Assembly (NCBI RefSeq): GCF_964213995.1
Contig: NW_027590890.1
Coordinates: 1-64,000 of the forward strand
From: Mustelus asterias
Lineage: Eukaryota
DNA: 64,000 nucleotides
Reading direction: 5' to 3'
In this document: positions 36,730 through 48,545 of the stretch, in pieces
Position numbering within the stretch: position 1 is the stretch's first letter
Layout: each line of letters starts with the position of its first letter
Notes under the pieces: model-generated
What the model saw: the letters and a program-made list of their open reading frames with translations, nothing else
Told to the model about the DNA's origin: nothing
Database searches by the model: none
Program-made: the position numbers and the translations under genes

Positions 36730-37705
36730 TATAAGAACATAAGAAATAGGAGCAGGAGTAGGCCATCTAGCCCCTCGAGCCTGCCCCGCCATTCAATAAG
36801 ATCATGGCTGATCTGAAGTGGATCAGTACCACTTACCCGCCTGATCCCTATAACCCACAATTCCATTACCGATCAGGAATCCATCTATCCGTGATTTAAA
36901 CATATTCAACGAGGAAGCCTCCACCACTTCAGTGGGCAGAGAATTCCAGAGATTCACCACCCTCTGAGAGAAGAAGTTCCTCCTCAACTCTGTCCTAAAC
37001 TGACCCCCCTTTATTTTGAGGCTGTGCCCTCTAGTTCTAGTTTTCTTTCTAAGTGGAAAGAATCTCTCCATCTCTACCCTATCCAGCCCCTTCATTATCT
37101 TATAGGTCTCTATAAGATCCCCCCTCAGCCTTCTAAATTCCAACAAATACAAACCCAATCTGCTCAGTCTCTCCTCATAATCAACACCCCTCATCTCTGG
37201 TATCAACCTGGTGATCCTTCTCTGCACTCCCTCCAAGGCCAATATATCCTTCCGCAAATAAGGGGACCAATACTGCACACAGTATTCCAGCTGCGGCCTC
37301 ACCAATCCCCTGTACAGATGCAGCAAGACATCTCTGCTTTTATATTCTATCCCCCTTGCGATATAGGCCAACATCCCATTTGCCTTCTTGATTACCTGTT
37401 GCACCTGCAGACTGGGTTTTTGCGTCTCATGCACAAGGACCCCCAGGTCCCTCTGCACAGCAGCATGTTGTAATTTCTTTCCATTTAGATAATAATCCAA
37501 TTTGCGATTATTTCTTCCAAAGTGAATAACCTCGCATTTGTTAACGTTATACTCCATCGGCCAGATCCTCGCCCACTCACTCAGTCTGTCCAAATCTCTC
37601 TGCAGACCTTCTACGCCCTCCACACGATTCACTTTTCCACTTATCTTTGTGTAGTCTGCAAACTTTGTTACCCTACACTCAGTCCCCTCCTCCAGATCGT
37701 CCAGA
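36730..37705 (-). mobile_element. 5'-truncated CR1 abutting the 3' UTR of tail exon copy 1
   Basis: ORF 36823-37746. Same subfamily as 48546-52893. Confidence 0.92.
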
Positions 37706-37764
37706 TCTCCAGACGCTCCATCCTGATGCTCAGCTGCTGTTGTCACAAGGCCCCGTGCTTCACG

Positions 37765-37837
37765 TTAACAGGTCTCCCCTGTCAAAGGGACATCATTAGA
37801 GGTTTCATTTTGATTCATGCTGTATCTGGTTGGTTGC
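37765..37837 (-). CDS. Ig receptor terminal tail exon, copy 1 (nearest the TM exon)
   Basis: tttttttcctctcctag| (R)QPTRYSMNQNETSNDVPLTGETC-TAA. 73 nt, phase 2. Confidence 0.7.
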
Positions 37838-39399
37838 CTAGGAGAGGAAAAAAACAGCAGAGTTCAGGTTACATGAAAAGAATCCAACACTTTGGCCAGG
37901 TGAGTAAAGGAGCCGTTCAGGAGCACAGACCCATTAAATTCCACGCAACATCCTGGGTACCAATGGCAGCTGGAAAATGGGTCACAGGAGCTGCACAGTG
38001 ATGGAGCACAGAGTGTAGAGGAGAGGAGGCAACGGGCAAGAGCTGGACAGTCCACAGGAGCTGTGCTGACCCACAGAGGGAGGGTCAGAGGATAGAGTTA
38101 GAGAACCCTGCAATAGTTCCTGCTGCCACTGTGAGGGGAGTGTGTGGGGATAGGCGGTGAGCACGGAGATGTGGATATTGAGTGAGACAAGGAAATCCGA
38201 GATGGCTTTCCCAGTGACTGAATCCTCTGATGTCCGGGTTAAGGGGAATGTTTTAAAAGTGCAGGAGGTGATTGACTAACAACAACTTGCATTTATATAG
38301 CACCTTTATAGAACACCCAGAAATACTTCACAGAAAGATAAACAATATTTAACATTGAGTTACTGAGGGAGAAATTCAGGCAGAAGGATAAGTTTTAAAG
38401 GAGCATTATAGTGGAGGAGGGAGAGAGAGTCCAAGGTTTAGGAAGGGATTTTCCGAGATTAGAGCCCAGGCTTTTGGAGGCATGATCAGCAATGGTGGAG
38501 CGGTAGAAACCGAGGGACGTGCGAGAGCACAGAATTTCAGAGATCGCAAGAGTTGTCGGATAATCCATTCATAGGATTCTGTGAGAGATGGGAAAACAAC
38601 ATCATTCAAAATTTGGTAAAAATAGAAAATAAACGATAAAATCAGGAGGTGGCCATTCGGCCCCTTGAGTCTGTGTGCCAACATCCCAATTGCCTGCTTG
38701 CCCTGCAGGGAGACTGTGATTCACGCACAAGGACACTAAAATCCTTCAGAATACCAACATTTTCCAGTCTGCCAGCTAATCTGTTTTTCCATTCTTCCCA
38801 GCAAAGTGGAAAATTCAGACTGCCCATATTATAGCTTTGTGTCCTCTTTGTGTCTTTGTGTCCTCCACACAGCTTACTTTCCCATCCAGGGTTACATCTT
38901 CAGCAAACTTCGACATATATGAAGGGATGGAGTGTAATAAGTCACTGACATGGATTGTGATTAGCTGAGGCTCCAGCACTGATCCCGGCAGCACCAGTTA
39001 CATCCTGCCAACCAAAAATCACCCATTGTTCCTCCTCTGTTTCTGTCCACTCACCAATCCTCAATCCATGCTATATTACCCCCAATCCCCTGAGCCCGTC
39101 TTGTGGAACAACCTATTGTGTGGCACCTTATCAAATACCTTCTGAAATCCCAGATACATTCCTCATCCACTGGTTCTCCCAGTGGGATAATATTCGCTCC
39201 TTTCCAGTCCACGGGGACTGTTCAGCAGCAAGAGGATGACAAGCTGGAAGTGACTGGTTAACGCTGCTCAATGATAGGGTGGATTGAAGCATCCTCACAG
39301 CTCAGTAAATGGACAGTTCTGGAGTTCAGCAACATTGAACAAACATTATAAACCAAAAACAGGATCCCAATGGAAACAGTGGAACATTCTGGAACTCAC

Positions 39400-39508
39400 C
39401 GTCTTTGTCGCTTTCGGAATATGTAAATCCCAATTCCAGCAACAACAAAAACAGCAACAAGAATTCCGATTCCCAATCCAACACTTGCTCCAGTAGAGGG
39501 TCCAGGAT
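39400..39508 (-). CDS. Ig receptor transmembrane exon
   Basis: ttctgtctctag| (D)PGPSTGASVGLGIGILVAVFVVAGIGIYIFRKRQR |gtgagt. Hydrophobic span followed by a basic stop-transfer segment. Phase 1-2. Confidence 0.85.
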
Positions 39509-40764
39509 CTAGAGACAGAATGAAGCCATTAACAGACTGGGACACACTCTCAAAACTAACAGCAGAGACCTTCAGCACCGAGTGTTTCAGAACCATCCCC
39601 AGTACAAACAGATCCCTGGTTAATTCTAGTCCTGGAGGGATGTGGGAGTTTAGACACCGATAATCACACACACACCAGGTCACCCCACAGCTCCTTGCAC
39701 ACACACACTGCCCCACAATGTGATCGATACATGCTTTCCAATAGAGATAACTGGACACTGAGCAGCAACAGCGCCCCCTCTTCACTCCCCCTTAAACCCA
39801 AACAGCCCACTACAATAGAGCAAGAACTTCATTCTAATGTCCGGTGGAAAATCTCGGGATTCGGTGGAACATCCGGCGCTGCAACATTGACATGTCCGCC
39901 CTGAGCGAGACACGATGGGCAGGAGGAGGCCAACTTAAAGACCAAGGTGGTGGATACACCTTCTTCCAAAAGAAGACCGTCGTCTCTACAGTGTTGGCTT
40001 TGCCATAAAAAACAAATTGGTCAAAACGTCTCAATGAACCCACCCCTCCCCCCCTTGCAGGGGGAGCAAACAGCTCATGACCCTACGGCTCACCCTGCCC
40101 CAGAAACAGCTCATCACAGCCGTCTGTGCCAACACCCCAACCCGAGACTTAACGGACAAGACAAAAGAAACAGTCCACTCCAGCCTTGACCAATCGCTGT
40201 CCCACATCCCAAAGGGAGACAAGCTGGTTCTCTTCAGTGATGTCAATGCTCGAGTTGGGAGGGGAACAAGCCTTTAGAAAGGTGTGTTCGGCAGGGAAGA
40301 CAAACGCCACCTTCAAGAAAGGAGACGGGTCGGACTGTGGACATAACAGAGGGATTTTCCTACACTCTGCCATGGGAAAGGTCATCGCAACAATACTCCT
40401 CAACGATTCCTCCCAGTGGCTGTAAAGCTCCTCCCTGACTCTCAGTGTGGCTTTGCCTGTTAACAGACACAATGGACATGATCTTCAGCGCGCGGCAAAT
40501 CCAAGTAAAGTGCAGGGAGCAGCATCAATCTCCGTACATGGCCTTCTTCGATCTCACAAAGGCTTTCGATTCTGTCAACCGTGAGGGATTGTGGAACATC
40601 CTCCTCAAACCCGGCTTCCCACAGAAATTCATCACCATTCTCCACCTGCTCCACCATGACATGCAAACGGTGACCCTCACCAGTGGAACCACCACACGCC
40701 CAATACGTGCGCAAACTGGGATCAAACAGGGCTGCATCACTGCACCAACATCTTCTCATTTTCC

Positions 40765-43700
40765 TGTGGTAAACCACTGTTAAGCTTATTGCCTGTGTGT
40801 GTGACATGCCTGGACATGCCCCTGCCGGCCCTGCCTGGGACTCCTCCCCCCCTGGTCCAGGTATAAAGGTGACTGCTTCCCACCCCCTGCCTCAGTCGCT
40901 GGACCAGTTCATCAGCATGGGTGTGCTCCAAGTCTTTTGCTAATAAAAGCCTATTTGTTCTAGCATACAAACTAATCTTTGCTTGATTGATAGTGCATCA
41001 ATTTTATTCGCAATAAGTTTTGGGATGGAGCAGATACTAAAACCCGATAGATTAGAATTGGATCCTCAAGCCGTAGGAGCCTCGAACAGCTTCGATCACT
41101 GGCTGCGATGTTTCAAAACTTTCCTCACCGCCTCAGCCTCCGTCGTCCGGACCGAAACCGACAAGCTCCACGTGCTCCACGCCCGGGTAAGCGATCAAGT
41201 ATTCTCGATGATTAGAGACACTGAAACTTACGAGGATGCAATCAAACTTTTAAAAGGCCAGTACAACAAACAGACTAATGTAATCTACGCCAGACATCTT
41301 CTGGCTACTCGCAGACAACAGCCAGGAGAATTGGGGGACCAATTCCTGCGTGCGTTTCGAGCACTTGGCAGGGCCTGCAACTGCAAGGCCGTAACAGCCG
41401 CCCAAAACACTGAGGACTTAATCAGAGATGCCTATGTCACGGGTATCAGGTCAAACTATATCCGACAACGACTGCTGGAACAGGGTGGGCTGGACCTCCA
41501 AAAGACTGTAGCGCTTGCCGACTCGTTAGAGGTGGCCTTCCGTAATCTCGAGGCCTACACCCCGACCACGGGGGCGCATCGTGGACACCGCGGTCGCCGC
41601 CACCTCTGTACTCGGGAGGGCCGAAGGCCTACGCCACGCCACGTCCCACCAATGACCCGACCGCTGCGGCAGTCTCTGGAGGCCTGAAGTGCTACTTCTG
41701 CGGCCTGGGGAAGCACCCCCGACAACGCTGCCCGGCGAAGGATGCGATCTGCTCCGGGTGTGGAAAGAAGGGCCATTACGCGAAGGTATGCAGGGCGAAG
41801 TCGACCTCCAAGCCCAGTAGCGCCGCCTGCGACCCGCCATCTTGGACGCCGTCAGCCGCGTGTGAGCCATGCGGGCCACCATCTTGGACGCCGTCAGCCG
41901 CGTGTGAGCCATGCGGGCCGCCATCTTGGACGCCTTCAGCCGCGTGTGAGCCATGCGGGCCGCCATCTTGGACGCCTTCAGCCACGTGTGAGCCATGCGG
42001 GCCGCCATCTTGGACGCCTTCAGCCACGTGTGAGCCATGCGGGCCGCCATCTTGGACGCCTTAAGCTGCGTGTGAGCCGTGCGGGCCGCCATCTTGGACG
42101 CCTTCAGCCACGTCGCAAAATCCAATGGTGGCTTCAGTTACCCTGGACCAATCCAGGCCTCACCAACTCGCCAGGTCCATGGTGGACATCGAGGTAAATG
42201 GTCGCACTACAAACTGTTTATTTGACTGTGGGAGTACAGAGAGCTTTATTCACCCTAACACAGAGTCGCTACGCCCTTTACTGCCAGTGAAGCAAACGAT
42301 CTCCATGGCTTCAAAGTCCCACTCGGTGGATGTCCTCGGGTACTGCGTGGCGACCCTGACTGTACGAGGCACAGGCTTCTGGAACAGGGTGGGCTGGATC
42401 TACAAAAGACTGTAGCGCTTGCCGACTCGTTAGAGGTGGCCTTCCGTAATCTCGAGGCCGACACCCCCGACCACGGGGGCGCATCGTGGACGATGGTGGT
42501 CCAAAAAGATTTCCTGTGTCACCTTAAGAGCGTCACCATGGAGTATAACGGGCCTTTTCCCCCACTCTCTGTTTGCAATCACCAGTTCTTAGATCGCCCA
42601 CCGCGCTCCACCTGCAGCCTCTCGACCCTTAAAGTCGCCCCTCCCTCACTGTTTGAAAATCTCACCCCCGACTGCAAGCCCATCGCCACCAAGAGCAGAC
42701 GGTACAGTGCTGGAGACAGGGCTTTTATCAGGTCCGAAGTACAACGGCTCCTAGGGGAGGGGATCATCGAGGCCAGTACCAGCCCCTGGAGAGCCCAAGT
42801 AGCAGTTGTTAAGACTGGGGAGAAACATCGCTTGGTCATTGACTACAGCCAGACCATTAACCGCTACACGCAGCTGGACGCGTACCCCCTTCCCCGCATA
42901 TCTGACATGGTTAATCAGATTGCGCAATATCGGGTGTTCTCCACCATTGACTTAAAATCTGCGTACCACCAGCTCCCTATCCGCCCGGAAGACCGCCAAT
43001 ATACTGCCTTCGAGGTGGATGGCCACCTCTATCACTTCCTTAGGGTCCCCTTCGGCGTCACCAACGGGGTCTCGGTTTTCCAGCGTGAGATGGACCGAAT
43101 GGTAGACCAGAACGGGCTGCGGGCCACCTTCCCGTACCTGGATAACGTCACCATCTGCGGCCATGATCAGCAGGACCACGACGCCAACCTCCACAAATTC
43201 CTCCACACTGCCACACTCCTAAATCTGACCTATAATAAGGAGAAGTGCGTATTCTGCACTCGCCGCCTCGCCATCCTTGGTTGTGTTGTGGAAAACGGGG
43301 TCATCGGTCCCGATCCCGACCGCATGTGTCCCCTCCTGGAACTTCCCCTCCCCACCAGCCTCAAAACACTGAGGAGATGCCTGGGCTTCTTCTCGTATTA
43401 CGCCCAGTGGGTCTCCAATTATGCGGATAAAGCCCGTCCGCTCATCAAATCCACCTCTTTTCCCCTGACGGCAGAGGCCTGCCTGGCCTTCGACCGCATC
43501 AAAGCGGATATCGCGAAGGCCACGATGCACGCTGTAGACGAATCCATCCCGTTCCAGGTGGAGAGCGATGCATCTGACTTCACCCTAGCCGCCACCCTTA
43601 ACAAGGCGGGCAGACCCGTGGCCTCCTTCTCACAAACCCTCCAAGGCCCTGAAATTCGACACTCCTCTGTCGAGAAAAAGGCCCAAGCCACAGTGGAAGC

Positions 43701-45338
43701 TGTACGGCACTGGCGCCACTATTTAGCTGGTAAACGATTCACCCTACTCACGGACCAACGGTCAGTTGCATTCATGTTTAACAACACGCAGCAGGGCAAG
43801 ATCAAAACTGATAAAATATTGAGGTGGAGAATCGAGCTTTCCACCTACAATTACGACATCTAATACTGGCCCGGGAAGCTCAATGAACCCCCAGACGCCC
43901 TGTCCCGGGGAATATGTGCCAGCGCACAAATAGACCAATTGCAGACTCTCCACAACGACCTCTGCCACCCGGGGGTCACCAGGTTTTTTCACTTCATTAA
44001 AGCCCGTAACCTGCCCTACTCCATTGAGGAAGTCAGGTCTATAACCAGACACTGCCAGGCCTGCACAGAGTGCAAGCCGCACTTCTATCGGCCAGACAGA
44101 GCACACCTCATAAAGGCCACCCGCCCTTTTGAACGCCTAAGCGTCGACTTCAAGGGCCCCCTCCCCTCTTCTGACCGTAACATATACTTCCTCAACGTCA
44201 TTGACGAATATTCACGTTTCCCCTTCGCTATTCCCTGCCCGGATATGACCTCAGCCACGGTCGTCAGGGCCCTGCACAGCCTCTTCACCCTGTTTGGTTT
44301 CCCGAGCTATATCCATAGCGACCGGGGATCCTCCTTTGTGAGTGGTGAGCTGCGACAGTACCTGCTCTCCAAAGGCATAGCCTTGAGTAGGACCACCAGC
44401 TACAACCCCAGGGGGAACGGACAGGTAGAGAGGGAGAACGCGACAGTCTGGAAGGCCGTTTTACTAGCTCTGAGATCTAAAGGTCTTCCAGTCACCCGCT
44501 GGCAAGAGGTCCTCCCTGATGCACTACACGCGATTAGATCATTCCTTTGCACAGCTACCAATGCTACCCCTCACGAAAGAATGTTTTTTTTCCCCAGGAA
44601 GTCCTCCTCGGGGACCTCACTACCGTCGTGGCTGACGTCCCCAGGCCCTGTCCTGTTCCGGAAGCACATGAGGACCCATAAGTCGGACCCCCTGGTCGAA
44701 AGGGTCCAGCTCCTCCATGCCAACCCCCAATACGCCTATTTGGCGTACCCCGACGGGCGGGAGGACACGGTCTCCATTTGAGACCTGGCACCCGCAGGTG
44801 CCCCAGGGACCACGACGACCCACAACCCCACACCCCCAACCCCCGTATACAGCACGCCTGAGCCCCAGGAGCCGCCATCACGCACCCGACAATCGGAAGG
44901 GACTACAGACGACTCGAGTGACTGCGGCCTGGCGCCTGAACCAAGACCGCAGCACCGGAACCGACACCACAACCGGCACAACGGCGGTCGCGGCGTCAGA
45001 TCAAGCCCCCAGAGAGACTGAATTTGTAGAATTGTAATTCTGTAAGTATCCAACCACCTCACCCCCGCCGGACTCTTTTTTAAAAGCAGGGGGTGAATGT
45101 GGTAAACCACTGTTAGCTTATTGCGTGTGTGTGTGTGTGTGTGTGTGTGACATGCCTGGACATGCCCCTGCCGGCCCTGCCTGAGACTCCTCCCCCCACC
45201 CTGTCCAGGTATAAAGGTGACTGCTCCCCACCCCCTGCCTCAGTCTCTGGACCAGTTCATCAGCATGGGTGTGCTCCAAGTCTTTTGCGAATAAAAGCCT
45301 GCATACAAACTAGTCTTTGTTTGATTGATAGTGCATCA
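40765..45338 (+). mobile_element. Full-length Gypsy (Mag-like) LTR retrotransposon, defective
   Basis: LTRs 40765-41000 and 45098-45338 (TGTGG...GCATCA), TSD TTTCC/CTTCC, PPT at ~45082-45097. Gag has two Cys/His knuckles; protease LFDCGS; RT-RNaseH ORF 42436-43863; integrase D,D,E to 44781. Frameshift at ~41560 and stop at 43861. Confidence 0.95.
41833..42112 (+). repeat. 42-bp tandem repeat (~6.6 copies) in the gag-protease linker
   Basis: Unit GCCGCCATCTTGGACGCCTTCAGCC(A/G)CGTGTGAGCCATGCGG. Confidence 0.92.
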
Positions 45339-46646
45339 CTTCCTCACAGCAACACTCCATCCCATCACCTTGAAGCTTCCCGCTGGAGTGGAGTGAAACA
45401 GGAAACTGTTCAAACTCCGACGCCTCTGGTGTGTGCAGAGCCAAGACCAAGAGGCCGAGCTACAAACCATCGTCAACACATTCACTGAGGCATATTAGAG
45501 AATGGACCTCAGACTAAACATCTGGAAAACACAGGTTCTCTACCAGCCCGCTCTTCCTACATTAAACTGCCCCCAACCCCCAACCATCAGGATCCACGGT
45601 GAGCCCCTGGACAATGTGGATCATTTCCCACCTCCTCCGGCACGAGCAGACATTGACAATGAAATCCAGCATCAACTCCAATGTGCCAGTGCAGTCTTCG
45701 GACACCTGAGCAACACAGTGTTCGAAGCCTGAGACCTCCAATCCAGCTCATGGTTACAGTGCACCCTCCTGTATGCATCAGAAACATGGACAATGTACAG
45801 CAGACACCTCAAATCCCTGGAGAGATATCACCAACGTTGCCTCTGCAAAACCACTGGCAGGATAGGCGTATCAATGTGAGCATGGCCTCCCAGGCTGTTA
45901 TCCCCAGTATTCAGGCATCAGTCACACTAACCAGCTGCGACGGGCAGGTCACATTGTCCACACGCCCGACACAAGACTGCCGAAACTAGTGCTCTGAGCT
46001 CTGCAATGGTAAGTGATCATGAGGGCACGCAGAGAAAAAGCTGCAAGGACACTCTGAAAACCTCCCTAAATAAATGCTACATCCCCATCGACATGTGTGA
46101 ATCACTTGTCTTAGAATGCACAAACTGGAGATGAAGCATCCGCAAAGGCACCAGTCACCTCGAGCGTCACTGAGTAGAGCCACGCAGAGGCCAAGCGTAA
46201 ACAGCGGAAAGAGAGCGCAGAATCCAGAGCGTCCCACCCACCCGCCCATCTCATCAAACACCAGCTGCCAAACCTGTGGCAGAGTCTGCGGCTCCAGGAT
46301 TGGACTGTTCAGCCAACTGCAGAACCCACCTCCCTGGAGTAGAAGCAACTCATCCTCGACCCTGAGGGACTGTCATAGAAGGAGAAGATGAGTGAACCAG
46401 TTGTGGTTTTACAACAATCCAATAGCTTCATGGTCACTTTTATTGGGACCAACTTTATATTTCCAGATTTTTATTTAATAAACTGAATTTAAATTCTGAA
46501 AGTGTGATGGTGGGATTTGAACTCACATTCTCGGGATTATTAGACCAGGCCTCCAGATTACGGGTCTCGTAACATAACCACTGCACAACTGAACCCATAA
46601 AATCAGAGATTAAATACAGAAACATACTGAAACAGAAACCTCTCAC

Positions 46647-46991
46647 CTGTTACAGAGAGATAGACGAGATCAAATTGCTCCCAATAATATCCTGCACTCG
46701 TCCTCTTGTAAATCTGACACTCGTACTCGCTCTGGTCTGACTCCCTGAGGTCCGAGAGCAGAACTGACCAGTTTCCTTGTTCCAGTTGATCTTTGAACAG
46801 CTTTGTTCTGTTTCTGAACCGTGGATCTTGTTGTGTCAAATCATCGTTTCCATTGACCACTCTGTGTAAGATATCACCCTTGGTAGTTCCCCAGATTCCC
46901 TGTAAATCTGAGATGGTAACATTCCCTTTGTAGGTACAGGGCAGCACAACCTGCTCCCCAAGGAACCCAGAAACTGGGACAGGCGAGTCAC
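46647..46991 (-). CDS. B7/butyrophilin-type IgV exon 2
   Basis: 345 nt, phase 1-1. DSPVPVSGFLGEQVVLPC...W...QDPRFRNRTKLFKDQLEQGNWSVLLSDLRESDQSEYEC..., with canonical C, W and D-x-x-x-Y-x-C. Confidence 0.92.
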
Positions 46992-47312
46992 CTGGAAAAG
47001 ATTGAAAGTATTTATAAATGGATAGAACCTCCTTGTTGAACTCCGTATCTGAGGGACAGGACGGTGAGACTCAGAAACAGAAATAACAATTCTGGGTAGT
47101 TGAAGGACCAGTTACAGGGAACAGTGACCCGCACCACTCACTCTCACACAATCATTCTTTGGTAAAATATCACACAGTATTTCAAACCTTCCAATGTTAC
47201 TCGCTGTCTATCTAGTGAAACAACTGCTGAAATGTTCAAAAGACTCGAAATAATTTTAATAATACAGTCACTGCATCATAAATGTGGAATATCTGAAATA
47301 GAAACCTCTCAC

Positions 47313-47657
47313 CTGTTACAAAGAGATCGACTGAATCAACTTTCTCCCAATGAATTTGCTTATCAATCCTCTTGTAAATCTGACACTCGTACTCGCTCTG
47401 GTCTGACTCCCTGAGGTCCGAGAGCAGAACTGACCAGTTTCCTTGTTCCAGTTGATCTCTGAACAGCTTTGTTCTGTTTCTGAACCGTGGGTCTTGTTCC
47501 CTCAAATCATCGTTTCCATTGACAAATTTGTGCAAAAATTTATGTTTGGGTGTCCCCCAGATTACCAGTAAATCTGAGACTGGGACATTCCCGTTGTAGG
47601 TACAGGGCAGCACAACCTGCTCCCCAAGGAACCCAGAAACTGGGAAATGTGAGTCAC
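47313..47657 (-). CDS. B7/butyrophilin-type IgV exon 1
   Basis: 345 nt, phase 1-1. DSHFPVSGFLGEQVVLPC...W...SDQSEYECQIYKRIDKQIHWEKVDSVDLFVT, flanked by ttttccag| and |gtgaga. Confidence 0.92.
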
Positions 47658-48545
47658 CTGGAAAAGATTGAAAGTATTTATCCACAGATATAACCTCCCT
47701 GCTGGTACATTACATCCCAAGCTTCACATGGTTACACTGCCATGCTTGATTTACAAGAAGCACTGATCAGTACCTCACTGCTTTCATTTGTGTGGGAAGG
47801 TTAAAGCTCAGGCATTGAGGGCCTTCAACTAAACCCAGCTTGTGCTGGATATTTGTATATTTTAAAAATGGACACCAGACAGTGAAGATTGCTGAAAATT
47901 CACAACCTGCCACGGACAGGAATGGCTACAGGGGATTTCTCGAGGGGGGCAATGGAACATTCCTATCTGCTTCCAGATACGTTACTGATAAAAAGCATCC
48001 GAAATCTGAGTGACAAAGCAAGTTTTTCATCTCAAAGTATGTGGGTGCTAATTTCCTGGACAGACCAGTATCCCGTTTTCCTCTTGGAAGAAGGTGTTCT
48101 CCCATTATGCCTGTCAGTCAGTGTGCTGAGAATTAGCAACTGGGTGTTTGCCACATAAACTAGAAACAGGAGTAGACCATTCGGCCCTTCGAGCCTGCTC
48201 CGTCATTCGTTATGATCATGGCTTATCATTGAATTCAAAATCCTGATCCCCCCCCTTTCCCCCCAAATAGCCCCAAGAACTATATCTAATTACTTCACGA
48301 AATCACACAACGTTTTGGCCTCAACTACTTTCTGTAGTATGAATTTCACATTCACCACCCTCTGGGTGAAGAAATTTCTCCTCACCTCAGCTCTAAAAAG
48401 GTTTACCCCTTATCCTCAAACTATGAGTTTGAGGATAAGTTTTGGAGAAAGGCAGAGGTGTGACTGGTGACAGGATTTTTGGGGTAAGATTTAATTTAAA
48501 GTACTTTTTCGCGGGTGTTATTTATTTATTTAATTAATTAAAAAT

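Larger units (their letters stand above)
39820..46390 (+). mobile_element. Degenerate RTE-clade LINE split by a Gypsy insertion (39820-40764 and 45339-46390)
   Basis: MIFSARQIQ-KCREQ...FFDLTKAFDSVNREGLW...GIKQGC, plus a C-terminal CQTCGRVC-SRIGL-S zinc finger remnant. Confidence 0.85.
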
